This document shows, one piece after another, positions 1 to 11,834 of a stretch of 64,000 bases of DNA. Made by a program: the position numbers and the translations under genes. Below the pieces are notes generated by a model, which had not been told where the DNA came from, searched no databases, and was given only the letters and a program-made list of their open reading frames with translations. This stretch comes from Geosiphon pyriformis uo1 (Eukaryota > Fungi > Glomeromycota): positions 750,757-814,756 of the forward strand of contig JAAOMT010000134.1 of the NCBI GenBank assembly GCA_016748015.1, in the 5' to 3' direction. Numbering within the stretch: position 1 is the stretch's first letter; every line of letters starts with the position of its first letter.

Positions 1-1508
1 ATTTTTTTATTTTTCCAATAATATATCATCTAGATTTCAATGATCTCTCTCTTTTCTAAAATCTAGAAAAAATGGGTCCAAACTGATCAAACTTTTATTG
101 ATACTGCCCAAGACTTCCTTTTAGAAGATTATCCCTTTTGTCAGATTTCAAGGTTTTTACTCACTTTAAATTAAAGATAATTTCCCAACCGGGAATTTCA
201 TTTAAACAGAATTTTAGATAACTAATTAATATAATATACGACTGGTCGAACAAAGAATTAGGAAATAGCAAAAGATTTTCCAATAATCAAAAAATAGATT
301 TCATCATAATAGATTCAAGTCTGATTTTTGGGATCTCGGTAAACTTTCATATGAAAATATTTCACCCCCAATAACTCATTCACTCATTTTTAATCCTTCT
401 ACCCCTTTTTTTTTTTTTTTTTGTACTTCTGGGTCAAAGATAAGTGCAGAATAAGACTATCCTTTTTTAAATTTCTTTGAATCACCTCAAAAAAAAAACA
501 AAAAAAAACGTTAGATATAAACCTTATCATTAATAGCTGCGACATGTTAAAGATGATCTAAAATAGAAAATCAAAGATTCAGATATTTTCAACAACAATA
601 CTGAGAAACATTGGCTTTTGTTTTCCCAAAACAAAAAAAATATAATCAAAGGAAGGGAGCTTTCAAATAGTATAGTACATGGAAGCTAAGATATAATTTT
701 CTATTTTAATAATGGTTTATTTTACTAAAATATTGTTTTTTTTTTTTAGAGATAAAAAAAATATCCGAAATAATATTTAAAAATTTAAAAATCAAGATTA
801 AAATTGATTATTAATCGAATTTATTCTATTAAGGGGGGGGGGGGTAACAAAACGATTACTTTATTTATTTATTTATTTATTTATTTTTTCACAAATTGAA
901 TAGTTTAAACCTTAAATCTTTTTCCTATGATAAGAAATTCTCAAGTGTGGAGTAATATGTGTCCATTCTATTAAATCTTTTAATATTATTCATTAAAAAA
1001 TATATATATATATATATTTACATATATTCTTGTTGACCAATTTCTCACGCATTCCCCTTCCGTGGGAATCCTCTATTTTTCCTTTTACACCGCCATAGGA
1101 CTAATTCGAGTTAATCGATTTATTCGTTGTTAGATTTAAACTTTGTCTCGATAATCTTATCTTAATCTGATTATTCTTAATATTAATAATAATATTATTA
1201 TTATTAATGATAATGATATATTATTGTATTATGATCTAATACCTATATAATTTTTGATAAATGCCTAATTTCCCTCGTTTTTTCTATTAAACATAATGAG
1301 AAAAAGGATATTAAATGGATTATTTTTTATTTTTTAAATACTTAATTTGACATTAAGATATTAATTAAAAATTTTTAAATTTCTTTTAGGTTAAAAAATT
1401 CATGAGAAAAATTTTCTTTATATCATACTTTTTAAACTAAAAGTACAGCTAAATGAATTCTTTACTTTTTTCTACTACTATTTGAAATAATTAAGTTATA
1501 TCAATTTC

Positions 1509-1641
1509 ACCTATAATATAAAACTTTTTTTACCTATAATATAGAACATAGAACTTTCTTACCTATAATATAAAATATAGAATTTTCTTTAACTATAATA
1601 TAGAACATAGAACTTTCTTTTACCTATAATATAAAACTTTC
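1509..1641. repeat. Minisatellite, about 5 imperfect copies of a ~22-30 bp unit (ACCTATAATATAGAACATAGAACTTTCTTT)
   Basis: A(C/A)CTATAATATA recurs five times with similar spacers between 1509 and 1641. Confidence 0.8.
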
Positions 1642-2740
1642 AAGAATCTTAATCCTGAAAAAATTTAATTTAATTTAATTTAATTAAATCTGAATCAATA
1701 ATTCCCCAATCTATCTTTTCTATTATTAGACAAAGAAAAATCTTTGTGCAATTATCAAATTTTACTTAAAAATATAAAAAAAATTTCATTCGTTTTGGAA
1801 TTCATGATAAAAAGCTTTTTAACAATTTCAATTAAATCTTTATTGAAGTTTATATTTAAACTTTAAAATTCTTTTTTATTTTAATCATATATATATATAT
1901 ATATAGTATCATAAATATTTAATAATCTCACGCTCAAAACTAGAATTTTTTATTTGAAAAAAAAAAAAAAAGTTTTTCTCGCGTTGATTGTTGTTCGAGA
2001 TTTCAAAAAAAAATATTACAAGAAATTAAATAATAAATTAAACAAATAATATATAAAAAAAAAAATTTAAAAAAAAAAAATTCATTTCAAAAGGAAAGAT
2101 TTGTAGATAGTTTAGTTCCAATATTCTCTTCAAGTGAACCAACCATAAAATATTTTTTTTAAGTATCTTGAAATAAAACAATCGGTTCTTAACTTTCCAT
2201 TATTACTTTTTGTACAAATTTTTTGTAAATATCACTTGTAAATTATTACAAATAAAGCATAAAGTTTATGTTTATGTCTGAACCCCAAAGATTTTGAAAT
2301 CATTTTTAGTAACATAATAGAGATAAGAAATATCTTTGCATTTTTGTTTGTAATTCAATTTCTCCTATTACTATTACAAGAAAAAGAGAAACCAGGGGTT
2401 CGCACGAATGATTTGATTTTATTAATATTTTCCTCATTATGTAATCTCTTTACTTGCTTACTTACTTACTTACTTCTCGTCCTCTATCACGAAAAAAATA
2501 ATAATTTGTGGAAGATCAGAAGGTGGATTGAAAACTTATAAAAAAATATGTTTAGAACTTTGGTTTGGCGATTGGGACTTGAAAAAAAAAACCCCTAATT
2601 TGTCAGTTTTCGCTCTTTTATTTCAAAGTTTTCCCTTACAAATTTATTTTACCTAATTTTACATTAAAAATTTTGTTAATTTTATAAAATTACTAAATAA
2701 TCAAAATCTATACTTATTTAAAACTTATAATAATTTTTTA

Positions 2741-2779
<39 letters not shown>

Positions 2780-4075
2780 GAGGTTTTTTAAAAAAAAAAT
2801 TCGATTTTTCAATTTTAAACTTATTTATTTACTAATTACAAAAAAAAATTATTATATATATAAAAATTAAAATAATGATCAAGTAATTAATATAATTTTT
2901 TAAATATATATATTAGTAAATATTAAAATTAATAATAAAATTAAAAATATTTTATAATAATTTTTGAATTAAGTAATAATAAAATTTCAAAAAATTAAAA
3001 TTTTTTACTTATATTTAAATATAAATATATATAATTATAGATTTATTTTAATAAAGTATAATTTTTATTTTTAAAAGACTTTTTTTAAAATAAAAATATC
3101 TAGATAATACGTTTTTAAAATGGTTTTTTTTAAGTAATATAAAAACAAAATACTTTTTAATTATTGTTAAAATATTATTATTTTTAGCTTTAAATAAAAA
3201 GTTTTTTTTTATTCAAATTTTTTTTTTAAACAATTAATTAAGACCAGTTTTAATATAATTGTTATTATTATAAAAAATCTTGAAACTTTTAACAACAAAA
3301 CTAATAACAAAGCTATTTTTTCTTTTTATTATACTTTTATAAATTTTTATTATTAATTAATATATATTATTATTATTCAATTAATAATCTAATTTGTATA
3401 ATACATAAGTATAATTAATATACAATAATTAAATTATGCAATATTTTAAACTTTATAATATTTAAAATTCTTAAAAATTTAATAAAATATTTTTTAGTTT
3501 AATAAAATAATTATAATATATATTTATTTATTTTTTAATAATTTGCAGAATTATTAACAAAAAAAATTGTTAAACTTTAAAATTAATTTGTTTTTATAAA
3601 TTAATAAAATAAATTTTTATTTTAAAAACCAAATTTCTCTTTATTTATTTATTTATTTATTTTAAAATAAATTATTTTTAAAATAAATTAACTACCAATT
3701 TCAGTAAACCAAATTTATTATTTTATACTTAAAAAAAAAAAACATTTTAAATTTTTTTATTTTATTTTTACTTATTTATTTATATTATTTTATTAAAAAG
3801 TTTACAGTTTAAAATTCTTATAAAAATATTGATTTTACTATAAATTAGTTTTATTAAATTTATTAGTATATAATTAATTATTTTATTATAAATTTTATTT
3901 TTAATATAACAATTTTAAAATATTAATAATTAATTTATATTTATTATAAATAAATATTTGAAATTTAAATAAAAATATAATTATAATTGTAAAAAAAAAC
4001 ACTTTAAAAATATTTAAAAAATCGAATTGATAATTATTTTTTTAGAAACTACAATATTATAAAAATAAAATACAA

Positions 4076-4300
4076 TTTTTTTATTTTTTTTTATTAAATG
4101 TTTTACGAGTGCAGCCCAACCACTACCTAAAATCATAAAACCATACAAGATCTTATATTAAGTGTGGCTCATGCTCTTTCTACACATGACCAGCCACTCG
4201 AATTTTTGAGTAGCCCCCGCCTGGAATTGAACCAGGTCCTTCAGAAATGATGAACGTGAAGCTGCAAAATTCTGACATGCAACGACTACACTATAGAGGC
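4076..4300 (-). mobile_element. Candidate tRNA-derived SINE (tRNA head + LINE 3' tail + A-rich end)
   Basis: tRNA fold at 4212-4300 (minus) is followed by 25 nt identical to the LINE-2 3'UTR (4177-4201 = 47083-47107); weaker similarity continues to an A-rich tail. Confidence 0.75.
4212..4300 (-). tRNA. Intron-containing tRNA gene or pseudo-tRNA (anticodon ambiguous; Gln-TTG or Lys-TTT readings possible)
   Basis: Minus strand reads GCCTCTA TAGTGTAGTCGTTGCATG TCAGA..~17-nt insert..TCTGA AGGA CCTGG TTCAATT CCAGG CGGGGGC T. A-box and B-box are present and the T and anticodon stems are perfect; the acceptor stem has G-T pairs and one mismatch; no CCA. Confidence 0.65.
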
Positions 4301-5154
4301 TCGAAATTAACTTTTTTAAAAAATTTTATTTATTATTTAACAAAAAACACAAAAATTATTAATTTTAATACTTATCAAACTTATTTTCAAAAACTTAATA
4401 ATAAAATTATAAATTTTTTGTAAAAAAATATATTTAATTAATTAATAATTTTTATTTAAATTAAAATTAAAATTTGAAAACAACAACAATAATAAAAAAT
4501 AAAAAATACAATAATTTATTTAAACAATAAAGTTAAAATATTAAAATATATTTATTATTTTTTTAAAAAATAATAAATAAATATTATTATTAACAAAATT
4601 ACAAATTACAATTTTTTTTTAAACAATAAATATTAATATATATATATATAAATATATAAGTTACTTTAAAATTTAAAAAAACAAAAAAATTATAAAAGTA
4701 ATATTTTAAAACAAATAAAAAAGATTATTATCGTTTATTTATTTTTAAATAAAACCTAATTTATTGTAAATTTAAAAAAAAAAACAATTAAATTTTATTA
4801 AAAACACAAAAAACAAAATAAAACTCAAACCAAAAATATATAAAACAAAACCAAAATTTTTTTAATTAATTATTAACAATATATAATATTGAAAACTCAA
4901 GTTTAAAAATAAAAATATTTATAAAGATAAATATAATAAAACCAATTAATTAATTTAAAATTATTACAAAAACAATATTATAAATAAATATTTAATTAAT
5001 AGTCTGTAAATTAATATTGTAATTTTTTTTTTCATCAATTATCAAATAAGATTCAAATATTATCTAGTATTATACATCAAAAAAATAATCTAAACTAGAT
5101 GTAAATCATGCACTTTCTACACATAACCAGCCACTTGGGCTGATCAAAACAACA

Positions 5155-8100
5155 CTATGCAGTTATATGAATTGAGACCATATTATTTATACTTGAAAAA
5201 ATGAGCAAAATTTGTAGAACCCAAAACAAATACCAAAAGCTTTGGTAATGTCTAGCAATTTGATCACACCAGCTGAAAACCCTGATGTCAAACTAAAAAT
5301 TGACACAAAAGCCAAACCATCCAATAGAATCAATCCGGCTTTCTCCATATAAGCACGATGTTTAGCATAAACTATCCAAATATCTTCTTTAAAGGTAAGA
5401 CCAAAAGAGTGCACAAATTTGACAACCTCCAAGCTGGCAATCTTGAGGTCATAGAAAATGAAAACAGCCTTACAAAACCAATCATCAAAAACAAAACTCT
5501 TATAGAGAGCCATGGATACAGAAAAATTAGAAACACAAAATGACAACAGCTGCAGCACACTTAAAAAGGAGTAAAAGAAACCAAAAAAAGCCTTCCATAA
5601 AGCCACATGGAATTCCAATATTTAATGCCTAGCAGAATTGTCAACCTCACAAAAAAACACATAGTCTGACACTTCCACATTACCACAATACAAACACAAC
5701 ACACTAGGATAATGTTTGTCATAAAGGCATTTCTGAATGGCAACAGGCAGTTGATAATACAAGGCCTTTATAAAATAAGTACACATACTAGCTGAGAACT
5801 TGCTGATAAAACCAGCAGCCATGTGCAAATTAGGATGTTACACCAGTGACAAACAGATCCAATCGATCTCAGAAAGCAAATTATTTTTTAAAAACTTAAA
5901 ACCAAAACCAACCTCCCAGTATACATGACAAACAGAATGATAAACATCATGTACAAAATGTTTAGAATTACCAGAAACAACATTACTATCAGCCACTATG
6001 AAATATTCATCCAAACAAGAAGGAAGACACCAATCAGAGAGAAAGGCTGCATTAGCAATTATGTTAGTATGCTCATTCCTTGAAATGCCAGAATGATCTT
6101 TTACTTTGTGCCAACTTACCTGTAAATTCTTATTATGGATGATATTAACAATATGCTGATGCTTAATCCAATACTGATTGCGAAAATCAGAACACACCAG
6201 ACCCAATTCCGACTTACAAACATCCAAAGCAGATTGACTATCTGAAAACAAGTGAACAGAGCAAGATAATGGAACACACTCCAATGCCAACACAATAGCC
6301 TGTAATTCTGCCATAGTTGATGACAACAATTCTAATACACCTATGTCCAAACCCAAATTAATGTCCTTAAAAAAAGTGGCAGTGCCAGCTTTACAGCCAA
6401 TTGTGCCCAAATCCTTCAAAGATCTATCCATATATACAGATAAACTACCAGAACCAACCTAAGAAAGATGGTTGCAAACAGCCACAAAATCACCAAAATT
6501 GAGAATGCTTAAAGAACCAACTCCATTTAAAACCAAGAGATGAGCAAGAGAGGAAGCCACATCATTAAAAAACATTGCAGAAATCTTGAACTACTTAGGA
6601 ATAAGGCCATGGAGGTCTAGCCTCTTCCAATATCTGAAAGTACACTAATCAAAGACAGCACCATGACTATTACAAAGTTGATTCACAAAAGCTACACCAT
6701 ACCAATGGAGAGAGAGGAGAAACTTGAAAAACTTTGATTTACTTAGAACAGCAGACATGAGAATTCCATCATAAAACCAAAAAAAACTGGCCAAAAAGCC
6801 ACCCAGGGACAAATTGCAATTAAGAAGAATATGAATCATGTCTGCCAGAAAGTTATTAGAAACACTGACATGAATATGAACAGGAAAACTCAATAAATAA
6901 ACAGAACAACAACACAGAACTTGTAAATTATGAGATCTGTAAGAAAACAAGTGACCCAGAATTCCACCAGAGTTCACAAAACTAACAAAAGAAGCAACCT
7001 TACTCTCAGACTAAACTTGTAAGAAAGATTTCAAACCATAAAAGGATGAATAGTGAATTGTGTTACTAGAAAAATTGAGTGGTAGACCAGATTTAAGTTT
7101 TAAGCTCTTACGAATTAAAACATTCCACTTGTTACATATATCAACAAGAATAAAGCTGAACTGTATCCTATAGTTGACTATAGAATAGAGAATCACTAAC
7201 ACCAAATACAAAAGCTGCTTATCTGAGATAGTTTTTCTTAGAACCAGATTGGTAAAAAAACAAATATCTGAATTTGCCTTAGTCAAGCTAGGCTTTAAGA
7301 GACCCTTAATTAAAAGAAAAATACCCAAATACTGATGAGATTTACCCTTTTTGGCAATAAAAATTGGTGAGTCACTGATGAAAAGAAAAAGATTGTTGAC
7401 TTTGTTATTGATAAAAATAGCCACTGTTTTGTTATTATTAATTGAAATATCATTGATCTGAAAAAATTCACCAGCTACATTGAAAATATGTTGAATAGTA
7501 CTTTGACTGCTACCAATCCAAATTGTATTATTGATGAAAACACCAGCAACAAAAAAAGAAAAAAACCCAGCCTAAAATTTAGCATAATCACTTCTGGAAA
7601 TAAAATAAGAATTCAGTCTATATCCACACACACTCTCTTGCTGCTTGATTTTACACAATAGAAAATCATAAAATATGTGTCACAGAAGAGGGAAAAACAT
7701 CTCTTCTTGGTCCAAACCATCATGCACACAATAACCACCCATCAAACCAAAATCTATTATAACTCTGCTGGTGTGATTTTTATAAATACTACCAAAGAAC
7801 TAAATAAACTTGCTGCACATTTTGATCCTGACCAAACTCTTCTCAAGATGCTCCTAGCCAACTGAATTGTAAGCCTTTTGCATGTCTTGTAGGACTGGCC
7901 AAAGCTCTCAGTCTTTTTCTAAAGCATTTTTAATAACCAAACCAATTGCAAAAATAGAAAACTGAGTCATCATATTCTTCAAAACCAAAAAATTGTTTCC
8001 ATGAAGAACATTAAAAATGCTGCATGCCAAAAAAAATTTGTTAGAGAGAATTTTGAAAAAAATCTTACAAGCCATTTTGATTAAAACAATAGAATGGGTA

Positions 8101-9315
8101 TTCATCAAAACACCCTCCCATTCATATGGTTTGAGAATCATCAAAATCCAAGCCTCCTTCCAAAAGCTGGGCACCAATTCATTAGACAGACAAGAATTCA
8201 AAAATGTTAACAACATATCCAAAACCATCTTATTACAATGCTTTCAAAGCTTATTTGAAATACTCAAGAAACCAGCAGCTTTGCTATTAGGCAGATCAGA
8301 AACCACTTCAACCAATTCATCAAAATCAATCAAACACATAACACCAAAAAAAGCTTCATCAAACACATACTTCAAGAGTTGATATTGACAATGCCAGTCA
8401 CCAAAAATATTATCAACCATTTTACACTTTCTAGTCTAATCTTTTATAATTACATCTATCTTAGACATAACCAAATTAGGTTCCAGAATTAGTTCATCAT
8501 CAACTACTAGATAATCAAGTACCATTTTGTGAAATGAATGCTTCAGCACACTCCTGATCATATAATCTTTATTGACCTCAAAGCTTTTCATCCTCCTATT
8601 AATAGCAGATTTAATGTTCATCTCCTTAACTCTCAGAGATTCAGCAAGCTTGACAGCATGGTAAGATCTTCTAGCACCAAAAAAAGCAGTGCAAATATGA
8701 TTAGAGCTAGCATCAGAGTCTACTACATCTTGAATAACTGAAGCCTTAATATTGTTTAAAAAAATCCAACATCTCATAAAAGAATCAAAATTCACAACAT
8801 TTTTTCACATGATATATTAACAATCCTAGAAACCAAAAGCTCTAACTTGTGAAATCTCAAAGATTCCTTGGTAAAGACATTATCAAAGCTCTTGAATTAT
8901 TTTCTTTTAAATACCTTATTAGCTAAGAGAATTATTTTGTGAATAATATCCTACATTGCATCCAAATCTGAATGTCTCGCAGAGGTAAAAAACTTATCCA
9001 AGAGCATTGCTGCATTGGCCAATGTAGTATTTTTAAAATCATTCTATTTAGCCTCATTGACACCCTTGAACTTAAACTTCCATTGATCCTTATTTACTTG
9101 CTTGTAAAGAAAGTTTAACCACATATTCAAAAGTCCTCTCAAACTCACAAACACAGAAATGAATCAGTGATCCATGTTAAAATGCTTGCCAACTTCCAAA
9201 ACATTGTGATGTACTATTGCATTAATCAGATTTGGGGAAACAAACATAAAATCAATTGTTTTTATAACATTTCTAGAATTCACCCAAGTATGTTCCTTCA
9301 CAGTTGGGTATTTAA
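5155..9315 (-). pseudogene. LINE-1 ORF2, C-terminal part (end of APE, RT, RNase H, CCHC)
   Basis: Fragments IDFMFVS (APE), WKEAWILMILKPYEW (RT), STMAELQAIVLALE and WHKVKDHSGISRNEHTN (RNase H), CLYCGNVEVSDYVFFC; many stops. Confidence 0.85.
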
Positions 9316-10034
9316 TATTACTCATAAAATATAGGAAGTATATTAGCATATAAATTAGCCAATCAGAAGTAGCTGTAGTAAATGTGGAATTCCAGAATTC
9401 TTTTTAAGAAGAATTGCAGGATTCCAGGAATTTCAGAATTCTTGTACAAAGAATTGCAGAATTCCAGAATTCCAGGATTCCTCTCAAGAGAAATTGCAGG
9501 ATTCCAGGAATTCCAAGATTCCTGGTATAAAGAATTGAGGAATTGAAGAATCTCAATTATGTATATATAGCAGTAGTACTAAAAGTAGAAAGAACAGAAT
9601 TCTTTAATTAGAGACCTCTCAGTTTAAATCTGATCTAAGCAATCTTCTATTCCCAAATATCAATAAATAATTATTTACTATCTCAATTCATTCTCCACTA
9701 TCAATACTTTATGTTGATAGTAATTGATACTTAACTACACTAGAATAATAGCTCTTGATTATAGCTATTGACAGGATACTAACTTGCAATTGCTTTTGTT
9801 TATTTCTTTATCTTCTTTTATTTTCTTTATTTCTTTTGTATTTCTTGTTGGTTGACTAATTGATTAAAGATTAAAGTGCTGAGTTACAGATGTTATAAGA
9901 ACTGGTAAAAGACTCATGAAACAAGGGTAAAACACTTATAGATTTGAGAATAGCTTACCAGAAGGATTACTGGCCATCATGCTGAGAAAGAAATTTGATG
10001 GAATTGCAATTCTGGGAGGCTACTGAACAACTGT
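9316..10034 (+). repeat. Copy A 5' LTR, first part
   Basis: Starts TATTAC (eroded TGTTAC); aligns with 29695-30291. Confidence 0.85.
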
Positions 10035-10489
10035 TGTTACTCATAGAAATATAGAAAATATATTAGCATAATTATTAGCCAATCAGAAGTAAGTGTAGTA
10101 AATGTGGAATTCCAGGATTTCTCTCAGGAATTGCAGGATTCCAGAAATTTCAGGATTCCCCAATGAGGAATTGCAGGATTCCAGAATTCCAGGATTCCTC
10201 TCAAAGAAATTGCAGGATTCCAGGAATTCCAGGATTCCTGTCGTGAAGAATTGAGGAATTGAGGAATCTCAATTATGTATATATAGCGGTAGTGTTAGAA
10301 ACAGAAAAGACAGAATTGATACTACAGAATTCTTAGCCTAGAAACAAAAATCATCAAATAAATAATTATTCCATATCTCAATTCACTCTCCACTATCAAC
10401 ACTTCATGTTAATAATAAGTGATACTTAACCACACTGGAACAATAGCTCTTGATCACGGCTATTGACGGGATACTAATCTGCAAATCGC

Positions 10490-11375
10490 TGTTACAGGTG
10501 ATTATTTCTGCAGTTGAATTAAATAACAAACCGTAATTTGGTGCTCAAAAGCTATTCCCATTGATAATGTTCTGTAAGTGTTGTATCTGAAGATTTTGAT
10601 GGGTCTGAAGGTTTTGGTTGAGTTTTTTGTATAATGCACAGAGATTCAATAGTGTCAATAATAGATGTATCTTTCCAAGAGTTTTCCCAATTTCTTTCTC
10701 AGTGTGGTGGCTGGATTTAGTCTGGTAGTCATGCCTTTCTGGTAAGCTATCCGATAATATATAAAATTCTACCTTTATTTCTGGGTCTTTTACCAGGCTA
10801 TCCTTGATGTCAATAACTCAGTGCTTAATCTTTTTAATCAGTTAGTATACAACAACAAATCAAAATAAAATAAAGAAAAAGAAATAAAAGAAAAATAAAG
10901 AAAGAAAGAAATAAGCCAAGGCAATTTTGCAGATTAGTATCTCGTCAATAGCCATGATCAAGAGCTATTGTTTCAGTGTGGTTAAATATCAATTACTATC
11001 AACATGAAGTGTTGATAGTGGAGAGTGGGTTGAAATATGGAATAATTATTTATTTGATAATTGTATTTTCTAGGCTAAGGATTCTGTGGTATCAATTCTG
11101 TCTTTTCTGTTTCTAACACTACTGCTATATATACATAATTGAGATTCCTCAATTCCTCGATTCTTCACAACAGGAATCCTGGAATTCCTGGAATCCTGTG
11201 ATTCCTTTGAGAGGAATCCTGGAATCCTGGAATCCTGTAATTCCTCATCGGGAATCCTGAAATTTCTGGAATCCTGCAATTCTTGAGAGAAATCCTGGAA
11301 TTCCACATTTACTATGCTTACTTCTGATTGGCTAATAATTATGCTAATATATTTTCTATATTTCTATGAGTAACA
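10490..11375 (-). repeat. Solo LTR of the same family, inverted, inserted in the 5' LTR of B
   Basis: TGTTACA at 10490; GAGTAACA ends at 11375; TSD TCGC/TCAC; no PBS or PPT adjacent. Confidence 0.9.
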
Positions 11376-11777
11376 TCACCTTGGCTTATTTCTTTTCTTT
11401 CTTTATTTTTCTCTTATTTTTTTTTATTTTATTTTGATTTATTATTGTGCACTAACTCATTGATTGAAAAGCACTGATTACTGACATCAAGAATTGCCTG
11501 GTAAAAAACCCCTGCAAAAGGGTAGGACACATACAGAAGATATGGATTACTTACCAGAGGATTGCTGGCCATCAAGCCGAGAAAAGAATTGACAGACTTG
11601 CAAGTCTGAGAAGCTATGGATAAAACAATTATTAAATCTCTGTCTATTATATAAAAGACTCCATCAAAACCTTCAGATACAATGCTCGCAGAACCTTATC
11701 AACAGAAGTAGCTTCATGAGCACCAAGTTACGGGTTTGTTATTTACTTCAACAGCAGAAATAATCACCTGTAACATT

Positions 11778-11794
11778 TGGTGCTTTCTGTGAGG
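11778..11794 (+). promoter_or_regulatory. Primer-binding site of copy B (TGGTGCTTTCTGTGAGG), resembling the complement of an elongator tRNA-Met 3' end
   Basis: Starts TGG 2 nt after the LTR end; the same motif occurs in A (21321) and C (44836-44852, minus). tRNA identity is inferred from ...CCTCACNNNNNGCACCA. Confidence 0.8.
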
Positions 11795-11834
11795 TATAAT
11801 CCTACAGAGGACCAGCACCAACCCAAATCTAAAT

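Noticed and set aside
61-340. Possible coding exons (KWVQTDQTFIDTAQDFLLEDYPFCQIS...)
   Set aside because: Short, no recognisable motif, and no consistent splice model could be built
2344-2541. 65-aa ORF
   Set aside because: Non-ATG start, low complexity, includes a (TTAC)n microsatellite
4241-4276. C-box ATGATGA and D-box CTGA on the plus strand suggesting a snoRNA
   Set aside because: Boxes only ~18 nt apart; better explained as the antisense of the tRNA anticodon arm and intron
10085-10270. Regularly repeated palindromic units resembling a CRISPR array
   Set aside because: No unique spacers, no cas genes, eukaryotic context; it is the U3 array present in the LTRs
11070-11306. 78-aa repetitive ORF (QELQDSR...)
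   Set aside because: Translation of the LTR tandem array; stops occur in other copies
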